Source of the DNA: a virus
Virus record (IMG/VR): IMGVR_UViG_3300047476_001057
Coordinates: 62,630 to 126,629 of that record
Length of the DNA stretch: 64,000 nt
Strand: one strand, 5' to 3'
In this document: positions 54,093 to 62,754 of the stretch, in pieces
How positions within the stretch are numbered: the first letter of the stretch is position 1
How the letters are laid out: every line of letters begins with the position of its first letter
Translations under genes and position numbers: made by a program
Notes under the pieces: generated by a model
The model's database searches: none
What the model was told of the DNA's origin: nothing
Seen by the model: only the letters and a program-made list of their open reading frames with translations

Positions 54093-54776
54093 TTAGTTTT
54101 CATAATCAAGAACTGCTTGTCTTACAAGCTGCAGATCGTTTACAATCTCAAAGTCTGTAAACATATCCTTAGGTGCTTTACAAGTATTCTCACCATTGTT
54201 ACGGGTCTCAAAAACATGACGGATATCCCCGTCTTTGTTCTTTTTCACCTTACCAAACAATACAATAGAGAACAGACCTTCTAGTGTAAGTTTTTCATCA
54301 ACCATTTTACCAATAGTCTTTGCTTTAAACTTACGTTTACCTTCCAGGTCCGTAGACTCTTCAGCATGCGTCAGAAAGAATACCATGAGGTCTTCTCTCA
54401 GATCTTTAGGCATACGGGCAATACGTGCCAGGTGTGCACCGATCTGTGTGAACTTCTCATAGCCTTTCTCGTCTACACGATCAAAGAACTCAAAAGAGCT
54501 CATGTACTGAAAGTCGTCAATAACAAGGTTCTTGATTTCCTTTCTCTTTTCACTGACATACTTAATACATGCCTCAATGTTTTGAGGAGAGTTACCATAG
54601 TACATATTCCCGTTAGGATTTTCCTTAGACCAGGTTGTGTACTTCTTTTTCCAGCCCTTAAAGGGGAGTGCTTTGTTAGCTACATTAATAATAAATGTCT
54701 CTGCCGGGTTCAGGTTTTCAATAGCTGTGGACTTACCTGCACCGGATTCTGCAATAACAAGAATACCTTGTGCCAT
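54093..54776 (-). CDS. Sak4-like / AAA_24 recombination ATPase
   Basis: AESGAGKST Walker A, LVIDDFQY Walker B, KLTLEGLFSIVL, TCKAPKDMF. Confidence 0.8.
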   Translation of the reverse strand: MAQGILVIAESGAGKSTAIENLNPAETFIINVANKALPFKGWKKKYTTWSKENPNGNMYYGNSPQNIEACIKYVSEKRKEIKNLVIDDFQYMSSFEFFDRVDEKGYEKFTQIGAHLARIARMPKDLREDLMVFFLTHAEESTDLEGKRKFKAKTIGKMVDEKLTLEGLFSIVLFGKVKKNKDGDIRHVFETRNNGENTCKAPKDMFTDFEIVNDLQLVRQAVLDYEN

Positions 54777-54778
54777 AT

Positions 54779-55363
54779 TTAAAAGTGTATTTTACTACTT
54801 TGTATTAGTTCATTGAGCCATGGCTTTAGACTTAATGGCTTTCCGTAACGGATTGCTATATAGTCTCTAATGGTCATTTCACTATAGGGAGCATCAGACA
54901 CTTCTGGTCTGCTTGTAAACAATACCTGTGTATTTACCTCTTCAGCTTTAATTACAGGTTTTTCTACAGGAGGTGTTGATGGTGTAGATATGCAACGCAG
55001 TTCATCAACCGGTACAAGGAATGAACCTTTTTCATTCATCTCATACTCATCTTCATGATTGTCATTACGACTAATCTTATATACTTTACGCTCAGATTCC
55101 AGAGGATCTAGATCCCTGGTAACAAGTTCAAAGAAAAAACCTTTGTCCTTTTTAAACTCTGATCCAAAAATACCTACTACATAACGTCCATGACGGTCAT
55201 AGAAGGGCATCTTCATGTTAAAGTCAAGTGGAGAAATACCAAGAGCTCTGATCAATGGTGCGTGATATTCACGAACTTGGTCCAGCTTTTGTTTTTTCCA
55301 TTCTTTTTGGTTGCCATATTTATCTATTGGCAGCTCTGTTTGTAACACGTTTACTTGAGACAT
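54779..55363 (-). CDS. Conserved hypothetical protein
   Basis: 194 aa; C-terminal MTIRDYIAIRYGKPLSLKPWLNELI. Confidence 0.6.
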   Translation of the reverse strand: MSQVNVLQTELPIDKYGNQKEWKKQKLDQVREYHAPLIRALGISPLDFNMKMPFYDRHGRYVVGIFGSEFKKDKGFFFELVTRDLDPLESERKVYKISRNDNHEDEYEMNEKGSFLVPVDELRCISTPSTPPVEKPVIKAEEVNTQVLFTSRPEVSDAPYSEMTIRDYIAIRYGKPLSLKPWLNELIQSSKIHF

Positions 55364-55383
55364 GTGTTAGGATTTAAAATGTG

Positions 55384-56451
55384 TTATAGTTCTTGTCCAA
55401 TATCTGCTGATATAGGTCTTCTATTATTACCCCCAGCTGATCCACTACCTCTTGGATTATTATAAGGGGTATAACCAGTGGTTGCTGTTTGTGGCTCTAT
55501 AGTCTCGATCATCTTTTGCCTGTTATATTCTCCGTTCATAAACAGGATGTTGTTGTCATCTCCACCATTACGTACCTTGAGCAGATGAATGTAAATTTGG
55601 TCCTTGTGAGTAATGTACTTTTTAGGACCATAAATGTTGATGTTGGACTTAAACGGGCGGTTAAGGGCAATGACCATATCTGAACTCTGCATTAAGGCGT
55701 CACCTCCAAAAATGTCTGAGCTGGTAGGATAGTTACCTATAATACCAGGATGGGCACGGGAAGCTTCTTCCATAGTACGGTTCATCTGTGTGATCATTAG
55801 TACAATGATAGGCAGTTCATTTTTGAGCTGCATAAGCATTTCTGCTGTATTATACAGTACATCAAACTTGTCCTTTTCACCACTACTTTTTTTAATAAGC
55901 CAAGAATGGTCTATAGTTACAATCATAAACTTTGCACCCATTTGTTTGTAATAGAACCGGATAGCTTTTTCTATATCAGTTACACATAACGGCTTTTTAA
56001 CCAGCTTACGCTTTATACCTGCTTTTTCCAATGCCTGGGTATCTGCTAAGTATTTTTGCATTTGTTTATAAGCAAAGTCATCCAGCTGCTGATAAGAGCT
56101 TAGTACCTGATTATAGTCCATAGCTACTTCTGCTGCAAACTGTCGGGCTGCATACTGTTTGTCACCCATCTCAAACTGGAACTCCAGGATAGAAAAATCC
56201 TGGTCCGGATTATGAAGACGTGACTCCCTCAGTATCTGGGAAACTATCATGGTTTTACCTGCACCTGGTCTGGCTCCTATTGTCATCATAGAACCCCATT
56301 CCAGACCACCAATACCCGCATAATTCAGTCCGGTCCAGGGAGTCTTAAAAGACTTTACCCTTCCTGTTCTGCGGTCGTCTATATATTTGAGACCCTCAAT
56401 GAGGACCTCAGAATAATCTTTGGCGTCAAAAGGATTCTGTGGATTACTCAT
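55384..56451 (-). CDS. dnaB: DnaB-like replicative helicase (C-terminal motor domain)
   Basis: GARPGAGKT, FQFEM, TIDH, TQMNR, SDIFGGDALMQSSD, LLKVRNG. Confidence 0.88.
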   Translation of the reverse strand: MSNPQNPFDAKDYSEVLIEGLKYIDDRRTGRVKSFKTPWTGLNYAGIGGLEWGSMMTIGARPGAGKTMIVSQILRESRLHNPDQDFSILEFQFEMGDKQYAARQFAAEVAMDYNQVLSSYQQLDDFAYKQMQKYLADTQALEKAGIKRKLVKKPLCVTDIEKAIRFYYKQMGAKFMIVTIDHSWLIKKSSGEKDKFDVLYNTAEMLMQLKNELPIIVLMITQMNRTMEEASRAHPGIIGNYPTSSDIFGGDALMQSSDMVIALNRPFKSNINIYGPKKYITHKDQIYIHLLKVRNGGDDNNILFMNGEYNRQKMIETIEPQTATTGYTPYNNPRGSGSAGGNNRRPISADIGQEL

Positions 56452-56663
56452 TTTTGTTTGTTAAATACCCTTTCTATAACATCTTCTGCAGAGATTAAAA
56501 CTTGCTGACCACCGTGAAAGAAACCTTTCATCATCATGCGGTCTATGGCTATTTTAAAGCCTTCCAGGTTGATAGCTCTAAGTCCATTTCCACCTGGGAT
56601 TTCTACTGTTACTTTGTCAAATAACTCTTTAACTTCTACATCGTGGTTAACTGTGTCTAGCAT
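56448..56663 (-). CDS. Hypothetical protein
   Basis: 71 aa, operon overlap. Confidence 0.5.
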   Translation of the reverse strand: MLDTVNHDVEVKELFDKVTVEIPGGNGLRAINLEGFKIAIDRMMMKGFFHGGQQVLISAEDVIERVFNKQK

Positions 56664-56845
56664 TACAGTTTCATTTTACGGGTTGTAAATATATAGAACT
56701 TCATGGAGATGACCAAGAAAAGTTCTATAAGAAAATATTTCCATAAGGGAAGTTCTATAATAAGCCAGTCTATTAAGATCCAGTTTACTACAGAAAATAC
56801 AATACTGATAAGCAGTCGGTGAACTGCTTTTTCTACTTTGGACAT
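56663..56845 (-). CDS. Small two-helix membrane protein
   Basis: Start ATG 56845; LLISIVFSVVNWILI and YFLIELFLVISM. Confidence 0.55.
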   Translation of the reverse strand: MSKVEKAVHRLLISIVFSVVNWILIDWLIIELPLWKYFLIELFLVISMKFYIFTTRKMKL

Positions 56846-56849
56846 AAGC

Positions 56850-57443
56850 TTACATTGTTTGGGTAGTTTCTCTGTAGATGATATCAGGATCATCCTTGAG
56901 CAGCTGACAGTAATCTGCCAGGCTAGACTTTAGCATTTTTGTTTTATTGTCCGTTTTTTGTATAAAGTATGAGCTAGTAGCCATATACTTAAACCCATCT
57001 TTGCTTTTGATATACTTATAGTAGTTTGTTGCCTCCAATACAAGAGGCCAGTCAAACTCGGGATAAGTTTTAAAGAACCAAACAAACTTCATTTTTAGTT
57101 CTTCTACACTCTGTCTAGCTATTTCACCATGAGGTAAAAAACCTGAAGGAAAGATTTCTCTATACTCTTTTATACGATCCAGGAATCCATCACCTAATAC
57201 TTCAGTTGTTACTTTCTTTTTAGTTTTAACTAAGAAGGTTTCAAATTCATCTAACACCTGAACAGCTTTATCTGTAAGTATACCATCATCATTAATAAAT
57301 CCACGAGAATGAGCTATCATCCTTTCTGCATCAGCATTTATGATAGATGTAGGTTTTATACGGTTGCGACAACTATCAAGAAAATAAAGCAGGTTGGGGG
57401 AGACGTTGTGACGTATTAGACTCGTCCAGATCTGGTGACTCAT
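56850..57443 (-). CDS. Hypothetical replication-module protein
   Basis: 197 aa; ELKMKFVWFFKTYPEFDW...YMATSSYFI, located upstream of the helicase. Confidence 0.55.
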   Translation of the reverse strand: MSHQIWTSLIRHNVSPNLLYFLDSCRNRIKPTSIINADAERMIAHSRGFINDDGILTDKAVQVLDEFETFLVKTKKKVTTEVLGDGFLDRIKEYREIFPSGFLPHGEIARQSVEELKMKFVWFFKTYPEFDWPLVLEATNYYKYIKSKDGFKYMATSSYFIQKTDNKTKMLKSSLADYCQLLKDDPDIIYRETTQTM

Positions 57444-57873
57444 GGCTTTGTTTTATGTGGTTTAGGATTACTTGGAATTTACTTCTGAACTGTTCATCTG
57501 TTTCCATCAAGTTTAGAAATGTAGAAACATTGTGTATCACTGTAGTATGATCTCTGGCACCTAGTAGTTCACCTATAGTACCTAGTTTGTACTTCATAGA
57601 CCGAGCCAGGAAACAAAACATCATTCTAAGTTCAACCACTTCTCTTTTTCTACTTTTAGATGGCAGTGTAAGTCTTTTACCAAAATGAGTGGGTAAAAAA
57701 GGATCAAAATATTTGAACAGTTGTTCTAATGTCATCAGGGGTATATAGAAGTCCCCGGTATCTATTTTTGTCAGGATTATAGGTGTATATCCTATTTTTT
57801 CCAGAAACTTTTGCTTAAACTCTTCTATAAGCTTTCTTTCCAGCTGTGCTGCATACATGCGTGATTCTGTCAT
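57376..57873 (-). CDS. DnaA domain-IV (C-terminal DNA-binding HTH) protein
   Basis: SRKREVVELRMMFCFLAR...IGELLGARDHTTVIHNV signature. Confidence 0.8.
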   Translation of the reverse strand: MTESRMYAAQLERKLIEEFKQKFLEKIGYTPIILTKIDTGDFYIPLMTLEQLFKYFDPFLPTHFGKRLTLPSKSRKREVVELRMMFCFLARSMKYKLGTIGELLGARDHTTVIHNVSTFLNLMETDEQFRSKFQVILNHIKQSHESPDLDESNTSQRLPQPALFS

Positions 57874-57982
57874 AAATCTTCAATATTTAAGTGTACAAAT
57901 GTATAAAAAGTCTACAAGATTACGTATATTATATTGTAGACTGTATTAAAGATCTACAGGTTTAAAGTTTAAAACTCTTAAT
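57874..57982. promoter_or_regulatory. Divergent control region
   Basis: Minus-strand TACATTTG (caaatgta 57895-57902); plus-strand CGTATATTAT (57923-57932) inside the inverted repeat AGTCTACAA/TTGTAGACT. Confidence 0.6.
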
Positions 57983-58255
57983 ATGGCAAAGAAATTCTAT
58001 GCCCAAAAGGATGCTCTAGGGTTTCCTATTCCTGGTACAATGATGTCAAATGATACTGTTCCGGCAGACTTGGTAGAAATCCCAACATCTACAGCAGTTT
58101 CATATAAAGCTCATCCTGAGAAACTTAGATATTTTGTACGTAGGGATAAGAACAACCAGATTATTCCTAATAGCTTGATTATCAGCTTGAAAGAACCAAA
58201 AGGGAATGTACTTGAGTTCCGCTTACCAGATGGTCAAGATATAACTCCTGCTTAA
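57983..58255 (+). CDS. Small protein with two copies of a ~35-aa module
   Basis: KKFYAQKDALGFPIPGTMM and LRYFVRRDKNNQIIPNSLI. Confidence 0.6.
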   Translation: MAKKFYAQKDALGFPIPGTMMSNDTVPADLVEIPTSTAVSYKAHPEKLRYFVRRDKNNQIIPNSLIISLKEPKGNVLEFRLPDGQDITPA

Positions 58256-58278
58256 TAGACTTCTAAACGCGAACTGAG

Positions 58279-58587
58279 ATGAATTCTTCAGCTGTAGATA
58301 AAGTGAAAGTTTGGCTGTTTCCAACACTGGTTAGTCTGATAGGTATACTACTGTACCAGGAGATGAAAGAGATTAAAAGTGATGTAAAGGCGTTGTTGGC
58401 TCAGTCTAATATAGATAAGACCAGGATAGATAACCTGGAAAGAATGATGTATCCCATACAAGCTCCTGCATCTCAAAAACAACCAACAGATCCAAGACCA
58501 ACACCTATCAAGTTTATTATGACCGAGTTTATACCGGCAAGAAACGAGATTGAAGAGGATGAGGATTATGAAAAAAACCACATATGA
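58279..58587 (+). CDS. Holin-like membrane protein
   Basis: Single TM segment WLFPTLVSLIGILLY plus coiled coil, in the lysis cassette. Confidence 0.45.
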   Translation: MNSSAVDKVKVWLFPTLVSLIGILLYQEMKEIKSDVKALLAQSNIDKTRIDNLERMMYPIQAPASQKQPTDPRPTPIKFIMTEFIPARNEIEEDEDYEKNHI

Positions 58588-59198
58588 GACAAGTTATACT
58601 AATAGCCTTGGGTTTTATTCTGGGTTATGTTTTGTTTAGTCAGATTAAAAGCTGTGTATCAGGTGATATAGTTAGTTCAGATACTGTATATAAACGTGAT
58701 ACACTATGGAAGCATTATGATACAGTTGTAAAGAAATCAATGAGGATTAAAGTAGTCATACATGACACTCTACCTCCTCAGTATATTCCAAATCCTATGT
58801 ATGATAGCCTGAAGGTTCAATATGAAGAACTTGCTCAGGCTTTTCTAGCTAAAAATATATATCAAGACACTGTCAAAATAGACACTTTTGGACAAGTGGT
58901 TGTTTATGATACTGTTCAGAACAATGAGTTAAGTCAGCGTTCTTATGCAGTTAAATATAAACTTCCCATTATAAGAGACAGCATATTTATAACAAATACA
59001 ATAGAAGCTCCTAAAACAGGACAGCTTTATATAGGTGGGGGTTTTGCTTCTAATAAGGCATTAAGTAGCACCGGTCACCTAGGTATTTTATATAAGACAA
59101 AAAAAGATAAGATAGTGGGTGGTTATGTAGCAGTATTGCCTGGTATGCAAATCAGTTATGGTGTACAAACTTACTGGAAGCTCACCTTTAAAAAATAA
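58584..59198 (+). CDS. Spanin-like membrane-anchored protein
   Basis: N-terminal TM, VxDT repeats, beta-rich C-terminus; upstream of the endolysin. Confidence 0.45.
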   Translation: MRQVILIALGFILGYVLFSQIKSCVSGDIVSSDTVYKRDTLWKHYDTVVKKSMRIKVVIHDTLPPQYIPNPMYDSLKVQYEELAQAFLAKNIYQDTVKIDTFGQVVVYDTVQNNELSQRSYAVKYKLPIIRDSIFITNTIEAPKTGQLYIGGGFASNKALSSTGHLGILYKTKKDKIVGGYVAVLPGMQISYGVQTYWKLTFKK

Positions 59199-59200
59199 AT

Positions 59201-59374
59201 ATGAAACTGTTCAGCTTTTTTGCCAAGATGTTTGGCCCTAAGCCTCAAGCTTCTATTCCTGTAGTAGAAGAAGTTATTCCTGTTGTAGAAGAACAACCGG
59301 TTGTTATTGTTCCAGAAGACGAACCTAAAAAGAAAAAGGTTGTAAAAAGAAAACCTAAGAATCCTTCTTTATGA
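59201..59374 (+). CDS. 57-aa protein with acidic/Val-Pro middle and basic tail (not in ORF track)
   Basis: MKLFSFFAKMFGPKPQASIPVVEEV...KKKKVVKRKPKNPSL; stop overlaps the endolysin ATG. Confidence 0.55.
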   Translation: MKLFSFFAKMFGPKPQASIPVVEEVIPVVEEQPVVIVPEDEPKKKKVVKRKPKNPSL

Positions 59375-60021
59375 ACATCAAACAAGTGAGTTTTCCTGCC
59401 AGTCAGTATATGCAGGAAGAACATCCTAAAAAACAAATTTACCTACATCACACTGCAGGTAATGCAGATGGTGAACAGGTGTTTAAGGGCTGGGAGTCTA
59501 ACGCAGAGCGTATAGCTACTTGCGTTACTATATCCGGACCTGGAAAAACATCTGTTGATGGACAGATCATCCAGGGATTTAGTTCTAAGCATTGGGGGTT
59601 TCACCTGGGACTTAAAGAATCTACCTTTCAGAAAGCCGGTGTTCCTTATAAGTCTTTAGATAAGATATCTATTGGTATAGAGATCTGTAATTGGGGACAG
59701 CTTACAGAAAAAAACGGTAAGTTTTATACTTATGTCAACACTGAAGTTCCCCGCTCACAAGTGTGTGAACTTGAAAAACCCTTTAAAGGATTTAAGTTTT
59801 ATCACAACTATACTGATGCACAGATTGAGTCTGTAAAACAGTTATTATTACTGTGGAAAGACCAATATGGTATACCGCTTGACTATTATGACGATATCTG
59901 GGATATTGCACCCAGAGCGTTAAAAGGAGCTAGTGGTGTTTTTACTCACAACTCAGTAAGAAGAGACAAAGTGGATGTCTATCCTCATCCTAAGCTTATA
60001 CAAATGCTTAAATCATTATAA
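59371..60021 (+). CDS. Endolysin, N-acetylmuramoyl-L-alanine amidase
   Basis: IYLHHTAG, SIGIEICNWG, YTDAQIES, FTHNSVRRDKVD. Confidence 0.88.
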   Translation: MNIKQVSFPASQYMQEEHPKKQIYLHHTAGNADGEQVFKGWESNAERIATCVTISGPGKTSVDGQIIQGFSSKHWGFHLGLKESTFQKAGVPYKSLDKISIGIEICNWGQLTEKNGKFYTYVNTEVPRSQVCELEKPFKGFKFYHNYTDAQIESVKQLLLLWKDQYGIPLDYYDDIWDIAPRALKGASGVFTHNSVRRDKVDVYPHPKLIQMLKSL

Positions 60022-60023
60022 CT

Positions 60024-60449
60024 ATGCCTAACAGAGCTTTTGTCCGTTACAAAAAGTGTGGCAATATTGTTCCAGGATCTCTTATCCTGACCAATGGTAG
60101 CTATCCTGAACCTGATGCAGGTTGGATAGAAGTTCCTATTAAAATGCCATGTGGATCTATACGCATTAGTGAAACAGCACAAGCTGGTGATCCGGACGAA
60201 ATATGCTGGGGTGGTTTTGCACTAGTTTATGATAATGGATATACTTTAATATCAGGTGCTGGATACGCTTCTACTATAGCAGGAGTTATTGAGAATTTGA
60301 ATGCTGCATATGGTTTTTTAGGCAAGTGGAGTGCCAGTGGTCTTATAATCACATTAGACATGAAACTAGACGTAGCTGATGGATTAGTTAAAGGTCAGGA
60401 CTTAAATCCTGGTGGAGCTTGGTCTATGATTATTTACTGTGGTGGATAA
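60024..60449 (+). CDS. Hypothetical protein starting with the same ~35-aa module as 57983..58255
   Basis: RAFVRYKKCGNIVPGSLILT...WIEV. Confidence 0.6.
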   Translation: MPNRAFVRYKKCGNIVPGSLILTNGSYPEPDAGWIEVPIKMPCGSIRISETAQAGDPDEICWGGFALVYDNGYTLISGAGYASTIAGVIENLNAAYGFLGKWSASGLIITLDMKLDVADGLVKGQDLNPGGAWSMIIYCGG

Positions 60450-60464
60450 CTCAAATTTATATAA

Positions 60465-60581
60465 ATGGCAAAGACTGGAGGAAACTATAAAGTAACATTT
60501 GGCAATCGTAGAAAAGGTAAAGCTAAAAAACGCAGAGGACCAAAAGATAAATCTGTCTCTAAATATAGAGGACAGGGATAA
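60465..60581 (+). CDS. 38-aa basic peptide ending KYRGQG (not in ORF track)
   Basis: MAKTGGNYKVTFGNRRKGKAKKRRGPKDKSVSKYRGQG. Confidence 0.6.
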   Translation: MAKTGGNYKVTFGNRRKGKAKKRRGPKDKSVSKYRGQG

Positions 60582-60592
60582 ACCATATAACT

Positions 60593-60745
60593 ATGAAAAA
60601 AACCATTCTCTCAGCTATCAGATTATTGGTAGTAATTGGCGTATGTATCCAGTTGACTTTTATTGTACTGGATTTTACTGCACAACATCATTCTGTTAAT
60701 CAATTAAGATACCAACTAAAGAAAAACATAACTTGTATTTTCTAA
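60593..60745 (+). CDS. 50-aa membrane-anchored peptide (not in ORF track)
   Basis: MKKTILSAIRLLVVIGVCIQLTFIVLDF... Confidence 0.4.
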   Translation: MKKTILSAIRLLVVIGVCIQLTFIVLDFTAQHHSVNQLRYQLKKNITCIF

Positions 60746-60765
60746 GTTTATAATCTTGAAATAAG

Positions 60766-60793
60766 AAGGGGAGCCGTTAAGCTCCCCTTTTTT
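60766..60793. terminator. Bidirectional intrinsic terminator
   Basis: AAGGGGAGC-cgttaa-GCTCCCCTT-tttt between convergent genes. Confidence 0.8.
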
Positions 60794-61094
60794 ATTTTAT
60801 CCGCCAGACTCTTCTGTTTCCATCAAGCTGTATCCTTGTTGTCAGTGTAAACCCTGGTTTCATCTTAGCATACTGTTTAGCAGCATAGTGCAAAGTGTTA
60901 GGATTTTTGGCAATAGGATCTGTTTTTGGTACCAGAAAACTATCTCCAGGTTTCATAATCTCGAAAGGAAACTTGTCAATCAAGTTGTGGTTTCTTACAC
61001 CATTTATGCTAACACCTTGTTCTACATTGTAGGCAAACTTCTTTGTTTTTTCTGCAGGTGTTGCAACTTTAGGTTTTTTCTTAGTGACTGCCAT
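60792..61094 (-). CDS. Small basic putative DNA-binding protein
   Basis: KFPFEIMKPGDSFLV...RRVWRI pattern widespread in phages. Confidence 0.6.
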   Translation of the reverse strand: MAVTKKKPKVATPAEKTKKFAYNVEQGVSINGVRNHNLIDKFPFEIMKPGDSFLVPKTDPIAKNPNTLHYAAKQYAKMKPGFTLTTRIQLDGNRRVWRIK

Positions 61095-61182
61095 ATTTTT
61101 ATGTTTGTCATCTAAGATAGAACTTAAGGCATAATCAATACACTTGATTTTTTAGAAGTGTTACTTAGTTACTACTTGGTTA

Positions 61183-62703
61183 CTATACAGCATGTCCACT
61201 TTGGTTTACACTTCTTATTCTGTTTCCGTCAAATACTACAACCTGAGCTTTGTCAGAATACTGTTTTACTACATCCAGGTTAAATCCATTAAATCGTGAA
61301 CCTTCTACACCTATAAAGAAAGCTTTATCTGAGTAGATAGAACAGTTATCTTCTGCATCTGTAATGATGAGTGAGTTGATCCCGTTACGTTCAATAGACC
61401 TTACAGCTTCATTGATTGTAGTACCACCACCACAGTCTATCATGGATATAGAGATCATATCATTACGATATTTCTTTACACGAGTGTCAAACAGATAGAC
61501 ATCATTAAGCATGTCAAGTTCTTTTAGCTTGGCTATCATGCTTTTTGCAAAGTCTATTTTGGATATCTGGTCACCATTTGTGTTTTTTACTCCACAACCA
61601 CTGGACATAGATCCTGATACATCTACATAAACATCAATCTTACCAACAGCTTTAGAATCTTTAATTTGTATGTCTTCTGCAAAGATCTTACGGAGTTTTG
61701 GATGTAACAGTTCATAGTCTTCCAGACCAGACACATCCTGAGCATTGAAAAGATCTTCGTATTTAACAATCTTACGAGAAGAGAAATAGCTGGCACTTTT
61801 ATCCAAGAGCTTTTTGATCTTTTCTTTAAGAGAACCCATAGAAAGCTTAACAGACTCAAGCTTAGCTGCCACTTGACGCATATAGTCCGGTGATAGTTTT
61901 CCTGCATCTTGTCCGCCATTTTTGTTAGCTTCTTCAAACATTTTCTCTTGGATATCCTGGTCTATATGATCATCCATCATCTTACAGGTATCTTGTGCAT
62001 CCTGCATAAGTTTCTCAAGCATATTTTTACCCGCACTGGAATTCATATGTTTGTCCATTGCTTTATCAATGTCATCTTGATTAAACTCAGAGTCACCTTC
62101 TCCATTAAGACCGTTCATCATCTGCTGCTGTGCATCCGGATCTACATACTCCATTTGTGTAAGCTGCATTAGATAGTAGAGCATCATGTTTTTGGTAAAC
62201 ACCGCAGATTTTAAGTTAGACCCTTCAGACATAATCTTACCTACAGGATTGTTGGCTTTTTCCAAAAACTTAAACCTGGTGCGGTTCTTTTCATCACGCT
62301 CGGTAAATTCAAGCTTGTCCATTTTGTGATAGTACAGCTTGTGTATGTCATACTTTAGAGACTTCGGTAGCTTGTCATAGTTTTCTTTGAGCTTCTCGTG
62401 AAACTTTTGCAAGTCCGGTTTCTGGTCTTCAGGCAGTTTACCAAAAGCAGCAGTACCCCTGAACCTGTGGTAGTACTCCTGGATAGACTTAACGTTTTGA
62501 ATCTCTGTCTTTACCAAGCTATCAATTTTACCTTCATCTATATAGTGGATGTAAGGTTTTACCAGATCACTTTTTTTATAGAAGTTCAGTCTGCCGAACA
62601 GACCGTCCTTGTCTTTGTAATAAGACTGGCTCTGTATCTCACCCTTCTTGACTTTCTCAAGAATCGTATATACGTTCTTATACTGTTTGCTTTTAGAAGC
62701 CAT
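61183..62703 (-). CDS. von Willebrand factor A domain protein (MoxR partner)
   Basis: MIDAS VYVDVSGSM, GGGTTINEA, IITDAED. Confidence 0.85.
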   Translation of the reverse strand: MASKSKQYKNVYTILEKVKKGEIQSQSYYKDKDGLFGRLNFYKKSDLVKPYIHYIDEGKIDSLVKTEIQNVKSIQEYYHRFRGTAAFGKLPEDQKPDLQKFHEKLKENYDKLPKSLKYDIHKLYYHKMDKLEFTERDEKNRTRFKFLEKANNPVGKIMSEGSNLKSAVFTKNMMLYYLMQLTQMEYVDPDAQQQMMNGLNGEGDSEFNQDDIDKAMDKHMNSSAGKNMLEKLMQDAQDTCKMMDDHIDQDIQEKMFEEANKNGGQDAGKLSPDYMRQVAAKLESVKLSMGSLKEKIKKLLDKSASYFSSRKIVKYEDLFNAQDVSGLEDYELLHPKLRKIFAEDIQIKDSKAVGKIDVYVDVSGSMSSGCGVKNTNGDQISKIDFAKSMIAKLKELDMLNDVYLFDTRVKKYRNDMISISMIDCGGGTTINEAVRSIERNGINSLIITDAEDNCSIYSDKAFFIGVEGSRFNGFNLDVVKQYSDKAQVVVFDGNRIRSVNQSGHAV

Positions 62704-62715
62704 GGTTATAAGTTT

Positions 62716-62748
62716 AAAAAGGCTGACTGGTTGTTACACCAGCCAGCC
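62716..62748 (-). terminator. Terminator-like hairpin between MoxR and vWA genes
   Basis: Minus strand GGCTGGCTGG-tgtaacaa-CCAGTCAGCC-TTTTT (one G:U pair). Confidence 0.6.
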
Positions 62749-62754
62749 ATATTT

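Noticed and set aside
46761-56451. Inteins or introns in polB, primase or dnaB
   Set aside because: Lengths are normal and motifs are contiguous, with no splice-junction signatures.
57874-57982. Canonical DnaA boxes as a phage origin
   Set aside because: No TTATCCACA-like 9-mers seen; the origin call is unsupported without skew or binding data.
60499-60699. 66-aa ORF in the track
   Set aside because: It overlaps two better-supported ORFs in other frames (60465..60581 and 60593..60745).
61150-61190. Short direct repeat TAGTAACYAAG (minus strand) after the vWA stop
   Set aside because: Only two imperfect 11-nt copies; not enough to call iterons.
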